A stretch of 64,000 bases of DNA. It comes from Dehalococcoidia bacterium (lineage in GTDB: Bacteria; Chloroflexota; Dehalococcoidia; DSTF01; RBG-16-68-14). The stretch is taken from the NCBI GenBank assembly GCA_040902195.1, contig JBBDXS010000014.1, positions 143,725-207,724 of the forward strand, in the 5' to 3' direction. The translations under genes were made by a program, and so were the position numbers. Positions 44,055-52,987 of the stretch are shown piece after piece; position 1 is the first letter of the stretch, and each line of letters opens with the position of its first letter. The notes below the pieces were generated by a model that saw nothing but the letters and a program-made list of their open reading frames with translations, made no database searches and was not told the DNA's origin.

Positions 44055-45542
44055 ATGGCGCTGATGTCAGACCAAGGCCCGGAACAGCAGCACACGTCTC
44101 GGCTGGCCGAGGTGCGCGCCGCGCGCATCGAGAAGCTGGAGCGGCTGCGCGCGCTGGGCATCGACCCCTACCCGGCCAGCTTCCCTAATCGAGAGCGCAT
44201 TGCGGACGTACGCGAGCGCGAAGGCGGCGCGAAGGCGCGCGTCGCGGGCCGCCTCGTCCTCTGGCGGCGGCATGGCGGGTCGGCGTTCGCGCAGGTGCGC
44301 GACGTGTCGGGCACGATCCAGATCCAGTTGCGGCGCGACGTGCTGGGCGAGCAGCGCTACGAAGAAGCGAAGCTGCTAGATCTCGGAGACTTCATCGGCG
44401 TCGAGGGGCCGCTCTTCACGACAAAGACGGGCGAGCTAACGATCGAGGTGCGCGAGCTATCGGTGCTGACGAAGGCGCTGCGGCCGCTGCCCGAAAAGTT
44501 TCATGGCCTGACGGACCCGGAGATCCGCGTTCGCAAGCGGCACCTGGCGTTCATCAGCGATCCGGACGAGATCAAGCTCCTCGAGCGGCGGTCGGCGTTC
44601 GTCCACAACATCCGCACGTTCATGGACGCCGACCGCTTCATCGAGGTGTCGACGCCCGTGCTCGAACACGTGCCGGGCGGCGCGGAAGCCGAGCCGTTCG
44701 TCACGCACCACAACGCGCTCGATCACGATTTCTACCTGCGCATCTCGCTCGAGCTGGCGCACAAACGGCTGATCGTCGGCGGCTTCGAGCGCGTCTACGA
44801 GATCGGACGCGTGTTCCGCAACGAAGGCCTCGGGCGCGAGTACCTGCAGGAGTTCGACCTGCTGGAGTGCTATCAGGCCTATGCCGACCTGAGCGATCTC
44901 AAGGCATGGGTGCAGCGCTTCTACACGACGGTGATCGAGCAGACGTTCGGGACGCTGAAGCTCTCCTACCAGGGGCACGAGCTGGACTTCACGCCGCCGT
45001 GGCCCGAGTCGGACTACCTCGAGCTGTTCCGCGAGCACGCGGAGATCGATCTACACGAGGTGACCACGGACGCGCTGCTCGCGCGCGCCAAGCAGCTCGG
45101 CATCGACGACGCCGTGGCCGGCCTGGGGCGCGGGCGGCTGATCGATCTCGTCTACAAGCGCGTCGTGCGGCCGAAGCTGGTACGGCCGCAGTTTTTGGTC
45201 AACCACCCCGTCGACGTCTCGCCGCTCGCGAAGCGCGACCCGGACGACCCGACGCGTGTGCAGCGCCTCCAGGTGCTGATGTGCGGCTCGGAGGTAGGGA
45301 ACGGCTTCGCGGAGCTGAACGACCCGCTCGATCAGCGCGCGCGGTTCGAGGAGCAGCAGCTCCTGCGCGCAGCGGGCGACCGCGAGGCGCAGATGCTCGA
45401 CGAGGAGTTCCTCGAGGCACTCGAGTACGGCATGCCGCCCACGGCAGGCTTCGGCGTCGGCATCGAGCGCTGGTTCATGTACCTGACCGACCGGCCCACC
45501 ATCCGGGACGTCGTCGCGTTCCCGCTGACGCGGCCTGAATAG
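44055..45542 (+). CDS. lysS: Lysine--tRNA ligase (class II)
   Basis: OB-fold N-domain (RVAGRLVLWRRHGGSAFAQVRD) and class II core (FIEVSTPVLE, RVFRNEGL, GFGVGIERW). A second in-frame ATG lies at 44064. Confidence 0.95.
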   Translation: MALMSDQGPEQQHTSRLAEVRAARIEKLERLRALGIDPYPASFPNRERIADVREREGGAKARVAGRLVLWRRHGGSAFAQVRDVSGTIQIQLRRDVLGEQRYEEAKLLDLGDFIGVEGPLFTTKTGELTIEVRELSVLTKALRPLPEKFHGLTDPEIRVRKRHLAFISDPDEIKLLERRSAFVHNIRTFMDADRFIEVSTPVLEHVPGGAEAEPFVTHHNALDHDFYLRISLELAHKRLIVGGFERVYEIGRVFRNEGLGREYLQEFDLLECYQAYADLSDLKAWVQRFYTTVIEQTFGTLKLSYQGHELDFTPPWPESDYLELFREHAEIDLHEVTTDALLARAKQLGIDDAVAGLGRGRLIDLVYKRVVRPKLVRPQFLVNHPVDVSPLAKRDPDDPTRVQRLQVLMCGSEVGNGFAELNDPLDQRARFEEQQLLRAAGDREAQMLDEEFLEALEYGMPPTAGFGVGIERWFMYLTDRPTIRDVVAFPLTRPE

Positions 45543-45543
45543 C

Positions 45544-45571
45544 TGTCAGCGGTCAGCTATCAGCGATCAGC
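45544..45571. repeat. Tandem heptanucleotide repeat (TGTCAGC GGTCAGC TATCAGC GATCAGC)
   Basis: Four 7-nt units starting 2 nt after the lysS stop. Same unit type as at 927-947. Confidence 0.6.
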
Positions 45572-45644
45572 GGCCACGCTTCCCCTGTTTTCCTGCAGGG
45601 CGCCTGGTCCCCACGCAGACACTGCATAGAATACTTAGGGGGAG

Positions 45645-45669
45645 TTCGAGGGGGCACAGCCCCCTCGAA
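45645..45669 (+). terminator. Strong hairpin in the lysS-alaS spacer (putative lysS terminator)
   Basis: TTCGAGGGGGC-ACA-GCCCCCTCGAA, a perfect 11-bp stem. No U-tract follows. Confidence 0.45.
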
Positions 45670-45773
45670 GGAAGACGTAGCTGGGGCGGGTGGGCGGGAC
45701 GCAGGACATCCCTTCGCGAGGCGGAAGGGGATGGCTGGGCCACAATGCCGGTCGCACCTACAGGAAGGGACGT

Positions 45774-45779
45774 TATAAT
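45774..45779 (+). promoter_or_regulatory. Consensus -10 box TATAAT, 9 nt upstream of the alaS ATG
   Basis: TATAAT read directly. The 9-nt gap CCTCTCGTA has no SD. Confidence 0.35.
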
Positions 45780-45788
45780 CCTCTCGTA

Positions 45789-48452
45789 ATGAAGAGCGCA
45801 GAGATACGCAAGAAGTTCCTCTCGTACTTCGAGGAGCGCGGCCACACGGTCGTGCCCAGCTCGTCGCTCATCCCGGCCGGCGATCCGACGCTCATGTTCG
45901 TGAACGCCGGGATGGTGCCGTTCAAGGACCTCTTCCTCGGGAAGGAGCAGCGTTCCTACACGCGCGCGGCATCGTGCCAGCGCTGCCTGCGTGTGAGCGG
46001 CAAGCATAACGACCTCGAGGAGGTCGGGTACTCACGGCGGCATCAGACCTTCTTCGAGATGTTGGGCAACTTCTCGTTCGGGGACTACTTCAAGGAAGAG
46101 GCGATCGAGTTCGCCTGGGAGTTCCTGACGAAGGAGCTTGCCATGGATCCGAAGGTGCTTCACCCGACGATCTTCGAAGACGACGACGAGGCGGCAGAGC
46201 TCTGGCAGAAGATCGCGGGCTTCCCGCCGTCGAAAATCGTGCGCCTGGGCGCGGAAGACAACTTCTGGAGCATGGGCGACACGGGTCCCTGTGGCCCGGA
46301 CTCCGAGATCTTCTACGACCGCACCGGCAAGTGCCTCAAAGACGGCAGCGATTGCCCCATCACCTGCGACTGCGAGCGCTGGTGGGAGTTTTGGAACCTG
46401 GTCTTCATGCAGTACGACCGCTCCGCGGACGGCACGCTCACGCCGCTCGCGCAGAAGGGCATCGATACCGGCATGGGGCTCGACCGGCTGACGTCGCTGC
46501 TGCAGGGCGCCGACTCGAACTACGAGAACGACCTCTTCGTGCCGCTGATCGAGCGTGTCCAGCAACTCACGGGCGATCGCGAGATCACGCTCGAGCGGCG
46601 TCCGGCGTACCGGGCGATCGCGGACCACTCGCGGGCGATGACGTTCCTGATCGCGGACGGCGTCCTGCCTTCGAACGAAGGGCGCGGCTACGTGCTGCGC
46701 CGGATTTTGCGACGCGCATCGTACCAGGGGCGGCTGCTTGGGCTGACAAAGCCATTCCTCACCACGATCTGCGACACGGTGATCGAGATTATGGGCGACG
46801 CCTACCCTATCGTCCGCGAATCGGAGTCCCGCATCATGGACGCCGTCGCGGACGAAGAGGAGCGCTTCCTCCAGACGCTCGAGAGCGGCCTGACGCGGCT
46901 TGAACAGATGATTTCAGGCATGTCCATACCTCTCACTATTCCAATGGAGATCAAGCCCGCACCATCCGGCGTCTTAAGGGGAGAAGACGCCTTCAAGCTC
47001 TACGATACGTTCGGCTTCCCGATCGATCTGACGCGCAAGGCGCTCGAAGCGCGCGGCTGGCGCCTCGACGAAGAGGGCTTCGAGCGCGCGCTGGAAGAGC
47101 AGCGCGAACGCGGACGCGCGGCGCTCGGACAGGAGCGCGGCCAGGACGAGGCGCTGCTCGCCGCCGCGCGCGGCCTCGATGCGACGCGCTTCGTCGGCTA
47201 CGACGCGCTGGACGCCGGCGCGACGGTCGTCGCGCTGTTCACGTCGAGCGGCCGCGCGAGCGAGGCCCGCGAGGGCGACGAGGTCCAGGTCGTGCTCGAT
47301 GCGTCGCCGTTCTACGCGGAGGGCGGCGGCCAGGTCGGCGATTCGGGACACATCGCCGGCGCGAACGGCGACGTCGCCATCGAGAACGTGCGGCGCGTCG
47401 GCCACGGCGTGTTCGTGCACCACGGCCGCGTCGAGCGCGGGCGCATCGCAGAGGGCGAGACGGTCCGCGCGGAGGTCGACCCTGTCGCGCGGCAGAACAC
47501 GATGCGCAACCACACCGCCACGCACCTGCTGCACAAGGCGCTGCGCGTCGTGCTGGGGCCGCAGGCGAAGCAAGCGGGCTCGCTCGTCGCGCCGGACCGG
47601 TTGCGATTCGATTTCTTTCACAACAAGCCGCTCACGGAAGACGAGCTGCACCAGACGGAGCGCATCGTGCGCGAGCAGGTGCTGCTCGACCGCAGCGTGC
47701 GCATCGAAGTGATGCCGCTGCAGGAGGCGCTCGCGACGAACGCCGACGCGATGTTCGACGAGAAGTACGGCGAAGAAGCGCGCGTGGTGAGCGTAAGCAA
47801 CGGCGACGTCTTCAGCCGCGAGCTCTGCGGCGGCACGCACTGCCACCACACCGGCCAGGTCGGCGCGTTCGTCATCGTGGAGCAGCGCAGCGTTGGCGCC
47901 GGCGTGCGGCGCGTCGAGGCGCTCACGGGTGAGCGGGCGTACGCGTGGTTCGACGAGCGGCGCAAGGTCATCGATGAGCTGTCACACGAGTACAACGTTC
48001 CGGTCGCGGAGCTGCCGGAGCGGCTGCGCGCGCTGCAGGAGCGCGCCAGGGAGGCGCCGAAGGCCGCTGCGCCATCGAACCTGCCGGACCCGCAGGAAGT
48101 CATCGCGCGCGCCGAGCAGCGGAACGGCGCACTGGTGATCATCGATCGCGTCGACGCGGCGGATGCGGAGTCGCTGCGCGACTTCGGGGACGAGCTGCGC
48201 CGCCGCGTGAAGTCGGCGGCTATCGTGCTGGGAACCGTGTTCGATGACAAGCCAAGCGTGATCGTTATGCTGACGCCGGACCGCATCGAAGCGGGCCTGC
48301 ACGCCGGGAAGCTGGCGCAGCAGATCGGCAAGCAGATGGGCGCCGGAGGCGGCGGCCGTCCCGACGTAGCGACGGCGGGCGGGCGCGACGCGAGCGGCCT
48401 CGATGCCGGGCTGGCCCTGGCGCGCGAGCTACTGGCGGGCAAAACGAACTAG
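45789..48452 (+). CDS. alaS: Alanine--tRNA ligase
   Basis: Track ORF trimmed to ATG 45789 (MKSAEIRKKFLSYFEERGHTVVPSSSLIPAGDPTLMFVNAGMVPFKD...). Editing-domain HxxxH (NHTATHLLH), CGGTHC, and a DHHA1-like C-terminus. Confidence 0.95.
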   Translation: MKSAEIRKKFLSYFEERGHTVVPSSSLIPAGDPTLMFVNAGMVPFKDLFLGKEQRSYTRAASCQRCLRVSGKHNDLEEVGYSRRHQTFFEMLGNFSFGDYFKEEAIEFAWEFLTKELAMDPKVLHPTIFEDDDEAAELWQKIAGFPPSKIVRLGAEDNFWSMGDTGPCGPDSEIFYDRTGKCLKDGSDCPITCDCERWWEFWNLVFMQYDRSADGTLTPLAQKGIDTGMGLDRLTSLLQGADSNYENDLFVPLIERVQQLTGDREITLERRPAYRAIADHSRAMTFLIADGVLPSNEGRGYVLRRILRRASYQGRLLGLTKPFLTTICDTVIEIMGDAYPIVRESESRIMDAVADEEERFLQTLESGLTRLEQMISGMSIPLTIPMEIKPAPSGVLRGEDAFKLYDTFGFPIDLTRKALEARGWRLDEEGFERALEEQRERGRAALGQERGQDEALLAAARGLDATRFVGYDALDAGATVVALFTSSGRASEAREGDEVQVVLDASPFYAEGGGQVGDSGHIAGANGDVAIENVRRVGHGVFVHHGRVERGRIAEGETVRAEVDPVARQNTMRNHTATHLLHKALRVVLGPQAKQAGSLVAPDRLRFDFFHNKPLTEDELHQTERIVREQVLLDRSVRIEVMPLQEALATNADAMFDEKYGEEARVVSVSNGDVFSRELCGGTHCHHTGQVGAFVIVEQRSVGAGVRRVEALTGERAYAWFDERRKVIDELSHEYNVPVAELPERLRALQERAREAPKAAAPSNLPDPQEVIARAEQRNGALVIIDRVDAADAESLRDFGDELRRRVKSAAIVLGTVFDDKPSVIVMLTPDRIEAGLHAGKLAQQIGKQMGAGGGGRPDVATAGGRDASGLDAGLALARELLAGKTN

Positions 48453-48527
48453 GGAGTTCCCTTAGAGTCGGTCACTCTTCGGGCCGCCCCTATCTAGAAC
48501 GCCTCCCTCCCAGACGAACACTCCTCT

Positions 48528-49517
48528 ATGAAGAAGTCCCTTTGGGCGCTTGCCGCGTTGGCGTGTCTGGCGACACTCGGCATCTCGTTTGACGCTGCCC
48601 GCGCACAATCGAGCGACCTGAAGCCGTGGATCTCGGGCTGGTACAACGGCGAGGCGCTGCAGTATTACGACTTCGGCGCGAACTCAACGCTCGTCTCGCG
48701 CGACGAGGTGCTCAGCGTTCCGGTCTGGATGTTCATCTACGGCAAGGACGAGACCGGCGCGCCGGAGGCGGTACCGGGCCAGCAGAACATCATCGATGCG
48801 CGGCCGGGCGATCTTAACTACACAGACCTCTGGGACGTGACCTTCGTCACGGTGCCGCGCGACTACGAGCCGAACGCCGTACGGTCGGCGCAGGAAATCC
48901 AGGACGCCGGCTATCCCGTCGAGCGTACGGGGCGGCTCGTGAACTGCCCTGTTGTTCCGGCGACGACGATCTCGCAGGGCGGCGAGCGGCTCAACCCCGG
49001 CTGGGAGGACGGCGAGCGCGTCACGTACTTCGACTTTGGGCCGAACCCGAACACGATCGCTCCGGTGTGGATGCTCATGTACGGATTCGGTGACAACGGC
49101 TTCCCGCGGCTCGTGCCGGGCCAGCACAACATCTTCGATTCTACGCCGAACGACGCGCAGTACACCGCGTTCCGTCGCATCCATCTCGTCACGGTGCCGG
49201 AGGAGTATACGGCCGACTCGATCCGGTCGGAGGACGACATCGTCGCTTCGGGGTATGACGTGACAGAGACTGATACCGTACTCAACCTACCCGTCGTTCG
49301 CTTCACAGCGGAGCCCGGCGATGAGCCGGCGCCCGCTGGGAACTCGTACGACGGCCGTTTCGGTGGCCTCGGACAGTCCGGACTGCTGCTCGGCGTGGTC
49401 GGCGGTGTGATCGCGCTGGGCGTCACAGCGAGCGGCGTAGCGTTCTACTTCGCGCAGCAACGCAGGCAGCGGCGCGACCGCGCGCTTCACGGGCGCCAGC
49501 GACGCATACTGGAGTAG
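48528..49517 (+). CDS. Secreted, C-terminally anchored protein with a tandemly duplicated unknown domain
   Basis: Signal peptide MKKSLWALAALACLATLGISFDAARA. Two homologous ~110-aa units (Y[YF]DFG..PVWM.[IM]YG..G.P..VPGQ.NI.D..P.D..YT......V.TVP..Y....[IV]RS...I...GY.V..T....N.PVV). TM helix plus Arg-rich tail. Confidence 0.6.
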   Translation: MKKSLWALAALACLATLGISFDAARAQSSDLKPWISGWYNGEALQYYDFGANSTLVSRDEVLSVPVWMFIYGKDETGAPEAVPGQQNIIDARPGDLNYTDLWDVTFVTVPRDYEPNAVRSAQEIQDAGYPVERTGRLVNCPVVPATTISQGGERLNPGWEDGERVTYFDFGPNPNTIAPVWMLMYGFGDNGFPRLVPGQHNIFDSTPNDAQYTAFRRIHLVTVPEEYTADSIRSEDDIVASGYDVTETDTVLNLPVVRFTAEPGDEPAPAGNSYDGRFGGLGQSGLLLGVVGGVIALGVTASGVAFYFAQQRRQRRDRALHGRQRRILE

Positions 49518-49592
49518 CCACAAGCCGGAGCGTCTTTCCACGTCCCCGCGCGTGCTAGAATGCGAGCACATCCCATCAACGCGAGGTGCTAC

Positions 49593-50354
49593 GTGACGTC
49601 AGCGAACCTGGAAGACGCTTCCTCCGCCCCTGTTCCCGAAGGCCCGCCAAACACCGGCGATCAGCCGAAAGTCGCGATGGTCATCGCGGCGCACCCGGAC
49701 GACGCCGACTTCGGCGCGGCGGGCACGGCGCACCTGTGGTCGAAAGAGGGCTGGGAGTTCTACTACCTCGTCTGCACCGACGGGTCGAAGGGCACGGACG
49801 ACGCGTCGATCACGCCGGAGCGGCTCGTGCAGATGCGGCGCAAGGAGCAGAAGGACGCTGCCAACGTCCTGGGCGTGAAGGACGTGCTGTTTCTCGAGGG
49901 CCACCTCGACGGCGAGCTGACGCACAACCGGCGGCTGCTGGGCGACGTCGTCCGCATGATCCGCACGATCCGCCCGTACGCCGTCTTCACGCACGAGCCG
50001 CAGCAGCTCTTCCATCGTGGCAGCTTCGTCAACCACTCCGACCACCGCACAACAGGCCTCGTCACCGTCGACGCGGTCTACCCATCCGCGCGCGATCGCT
50101 GGAACTTCCCGGAGCAGATCGAGGAAGGGCTGGAGCCCCACAAGGTGAAGGAGATCTACATGTGGGGCAACGACAACCCCACCTTCTCTGTCGACATCAC
50201 CGACATCGTCGAGACGAAGATCGAGGCCCTACTGCGCCACGTCAGCCAGTTCGGCGAAGGAAGCGATGAGTTCCTCAAGTTCGTCCGCCAGCGCTGGAAG
50301 GACGAAGACGGCCGCTACTACGAGCGCTTCAAGCGCGTCACGCTCGTGCGCTAA
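49593..50354 (+). CDS. PIG-L/LmbE-family deacetylase
   Basis: Start moved to GTG 49593 (GAGGTG SD at 49583-49588); the track start ATG 49560 lies inside a TAGAAT box. AHPDDADFG, VCTDGSKG, HSDHRTTG motifs. Confidence 0.8.
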   Translation: MTSANLEDASSAPVPEGPPNTGDQPKVAMVIAAHPDDADFGAAGTAHLWSKEGWEFYYLVCTDGSKGTDDASITPERLVQMRRKEQKDAANVLGVKDVLFLEGHLDGELTHNRRLLGDVVRMIRTIRPYAVFTHEPQQLFHRGSFVNHSDHRTTGLVTVDAVYPSARDRWNFPEQIEEGLEPHKVKEIYMWGNDNPTFSVDITDIVETKIEALLRHVSQFGEGSDEFLKFVRQRWKDEDGRYYERFKRVTLVR

Positions 50355-50378
50355 CGATCGTGGGGCCTTGCCGGCGGG

Positions 50379-51074
50379 CTAGAAGTGCTCGGGGTTGAAG
50401 CGCCGTTCGTTCACGTCGATGAAGTTGGTGACGCGGTCGGGCGTGAAGTCGCTCGTCGGGAACTTGTCGATGCGCGACCACGACGTGAGCGCGATGGTGT
50501 TTGGTTCCATCTCCGGATACGGCGCCATGACAAGGAGCTTATCGTCAAGAGCTGCCCCTACAAGCGCTTCGAGCTGGTCCCTGATCGCCGTGTCGTCCGT
50601 GTTGTACCAGACCACCGCAAAGCCGTGCTCCATGTTGTGTACCAGCGTCTCGGGCTCCCAGGGTTCGCGATAGATGCCCTTCGGCGCCGGCCCGCAGAAC
50701 GCGGGCGCCGTTGTCGGGTCTTCTCCGCAGGAGCCGCTCCAGTGCGGGCCGCCTACCGGCGGGTCGACTCCTTGCGCGGAGTAATCGACCTGCGTGCTGA
50801 CGTGCCCGCCTGTCGCAGGATACGGCCCGCTGTAGATCGCGGGAAGATCGACCCACTGGCCCGGGATCGCGGTGCTGGTGTCCGCCTCCGCCTTGACCGC
50901 GGCGTTCGTGTCCTTTGATGAGCCGCTCTGCAGCACAACGAACACGATGATGCCGATCACCGCGGCCACACCGGCAACGATAGCGATCGGGACCCAGGGA
51001 AGCTGAAGCCCCTGGCTATCGAGGCGCTTAGGCGTGCGACGCGCGCGGTTCGTTCTCCGGCTGCCGCGGCTCAT
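50379..51074 (-). CDS. DUF3105-domain membrane-anchored protein
   Basis: Basic N-terminus plus a TM helix. PPVGGPHWSG and LVHNMEHGFAVVWYN match the DUF3105 signature as I recall it. Confidence 0.75.
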   Translation of the reverse strand: MSRGSRRTNRARRTPKRLDSQGLQLPWVPIAIVAGVAAVIGIIVFVVLQSGSSKDTNAAVKAEADTSTAIPGQWVDLPAIYSGPYPATGGHVSTQVDYSAQGVDPPVGGPHWSGSCGEDPTTAPAFCGPAPKGIYREPWEPETLVHNMEHGFAVVWYNTDDTAIRDQLEALVGAALDDKLLVMAPYPEMEPNTIALTSWSRIDKFPTSDFTPDRVTNFIDVNERRFNPEHF

Positions 51075-51394
51075 GAGGGCTCTTCGTCTTTTCGATGAAA
51101 GCGCGTGAGCCCGCGTAGCATCATGATCATGGTGATCGCGCCGCCCAGCACAACGATGACACCGACGAGCAGGAAGAGCCGCAGGACGACGAGCACGACG
51201 GCGAGGGGCATCAGAATGGGCTTTGCGTGAACGGCGAGGCGCGCCGATGTCAAGACGAGCGCGAACTCCCCTTTCACCATGTCGAAGAAGTCGCGGAGAT
51301 TGACGCCACGGAGGAGGTCGCCGAAGCCGATCGTGCGTTGTGTAGGCTCGCCCGCAGGCGGGTCTGCGTGCTCGCTCATAGGTACTGTCATCAT
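51071..51394 (-). CDS. Small membrane protein (107 aa), hypothetical
   Basis: Two hydrophobic helices (ILMPLAVVLVVLRLFLLVGVIVVLGGAITMIMML). ATGA overlap with the DUF3105 gene start. Confidence 0.5.
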   Translation of the reverse strand: MMTVPMSEHADPPAGEPTQRTIGFGDLLRGVNLRDFFDMVKGEFALVLTSARLAVHAKPILMPLAVVLVVLRLFLLVGVIVVLGGAITMIMMLRGLTRFHRKDEEPS

Positions 51395-51557
51395 AGCGGA
51401 CGGCTACTGGTAGGACGAATCAACGGGCCGGCGAGTTCCAGGACAACCCGGGCGTGGTAGATCGGTAAGAGAAAAGCCCGATCGCTATGTGTGTCGCCTC
51501 CGTATGTTAGGCTACACTGAAAGCAAGCCTAGCCGTGGAGCGCGCTGTCCCTCTTCG

Positions 51558-52901
51558 ATGAAACACCTTGTGGCTCTCCTCACCCTGCTGGCCGTCCTGG
51601 CAGCGGGGTGCATGACCTCTCAGGCCACCTTGCCGTCGCCGGCAGCGACGTCCACGCCTACGATCGCGCCAACGACGCCGCTCGCGCCGAACATCACGCC
51701 GCAAGAGTTCACGTACACGAACGGCGACCCATCGTTCGACGCGCTGCCCGGCGCCCGCGCGATCCACGGCGAGTACGCAGGCGGCATCTACAACATCGAA
51801 GTGCCGGACGATTGGAACGGCGAGGTCGTCTACTACGAGCACGGCTACCGGCTGCACGCGCCCGCGCTCACCGTCGATCCGCCGCCACTCCGCAAGCACC
51901 TGATCGACAACGGCTTCGCGTGGGCGGCATCGAGCTACACGATGAACGGCTACGAGCCCGGCGTTGCCTCGCGCGACACGTACGCGCTGCGGAACATCTT
52001 CAAGCGTGAGGTGGGCGCGCCGGCGCGCAGCTATCTGTATGGCGAATCGATGGGCGGCCACATCGTCGCGCTCATGCTCGAGCAGTACCCGACCGCGTAC
52101 GACGGCGCGCTGAGCACCTGCGGCGCCGTCGCCGGCAGCGAGATCCTCGACTACTTCCTAGACTGGACGGTCCTGGCCGGCTACTTTAGCGGCGTCGATC
52201 TGCGGGACAAGTCTACGGACGGTGCGGCGTTCGTCGCCGCCGTCGACGGGCAGGTGCTGCCGCGACTCGGCCCGATCGACGCACTCACGGACGACGGCCG
52301 CGCGTTCGCAGCCGCGATCCACCAGCTCACAGGCGGGCCGCGCCCGTTTTTCTGGGAAGGGTTCGCGGCGAGCTACGGAGCCAACTTTGGCGTGCTCAGT
52401 GAAGCCATCGCCAATCCAAGCGCCGCCAACGTCGTCGTGCAGAACACCGACACCGTCTACGCCATCGATCCGGGCTACGGCGTGACGGCGGACGTACTGA
52501 ACAAGAGCGTCGTGCGTATCGCCGCGGCGGAGGAGTATCGCGACGCGGTGCGCTATCCGGAGTTCGCGCCGCTCACGGGCAAGATCAGCTCCCCGTTCCT
52601 CACGTTGCACGGCACCGGCGACCTCTTCGTGCCGATCAGCATGGAGCAGTCGTACCGGCGCACCGTGGAGGCGGCGGACCGGGGCGACCTGTTGGTACAG
52701 CGAGCGATGCGGCACGCCGGCCACTGCGTCTTCTCGCAAGACGAGCTCTCGCAGGGCTTCGACGATCTTGTCTCGTGGGCGCGCACAGGCACGCGGCCTG
52801 CCGGCGACGACTTGCTCGGCGATCTCAGCAACGCCGGCCTGTCGTTCACAACGCCGCTGGAGGACTCAGACCCCGGCACGACCGGCCTGGCAACTCGCTA
52901 G
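51558..52901 (+). CDS. Lipoprotein, alpha/beta-hydrolase-like
   Basis: Track ORF trimmed to ATG 51558. Lipobox MKHLVALLTLLAVLAAGC and nucleophile elbow YGESMGGHIV. 447 aa. Confidence 0.6.
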   Translation: MKHLVALLTLLAVLAAGCMTSQATLPSPAATSTPTIAPTTPLAPNITPQEFTYTNGDPSFDALPGARAIHGEYAGGIYNIEVPDDWNGEVVYYEHGYRLHAPALTVDPPPLRKHLIDNGFAWAASSYTMNGYEPGVASRDTYALRNIFKREVGAPARSYLYGESMGGHIVALMLEQYPTAYDGALSTCGAVAGSEILDYFLDWTVLAGYFSGVDLRDKSTDGAAFVAAVDGQVLPRLGPIDALTDDGRAFAAAIHQLTGGPRPFFWEGFAASYGANFGVLSEAIANPSAANVVVQNTDTVYAIDPGYGVTADVLNKSVVRIAAAEEYRDAVRYPEFAPLTGKISSPFLTLHGTGDLFVPISMEQSYRRTVEAADRGDLLVQRAMRHAGHCVFSQDELSQGFDDLVSWARTGTRPAGDDLLGDLSNAGLSFTTPLEDSDPGTTGLATR

Positions 52902-52987
52902 CGCGATCTAAACGGGCCGTCCTGTACTACTTCTGCGATGCCCGCCCTGGCGCAGGCTCACCGCCCTGGCTACCATGAGTACAAGCC

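Noticed and set aside
45543-45788. T-box riboswitch or other aaRS leader upstream of alaS (and upstream of lysS and hisS).
   Set aside because: There is no T-box consensus (AAnnnGGGUGGUACCGCG-like), no Stem I/specifier architecture, and no terminator/antiterminator pair adjacent to the start. A TATAAT box sits only 9 nt from the ATG, which leaves no room for a leader.
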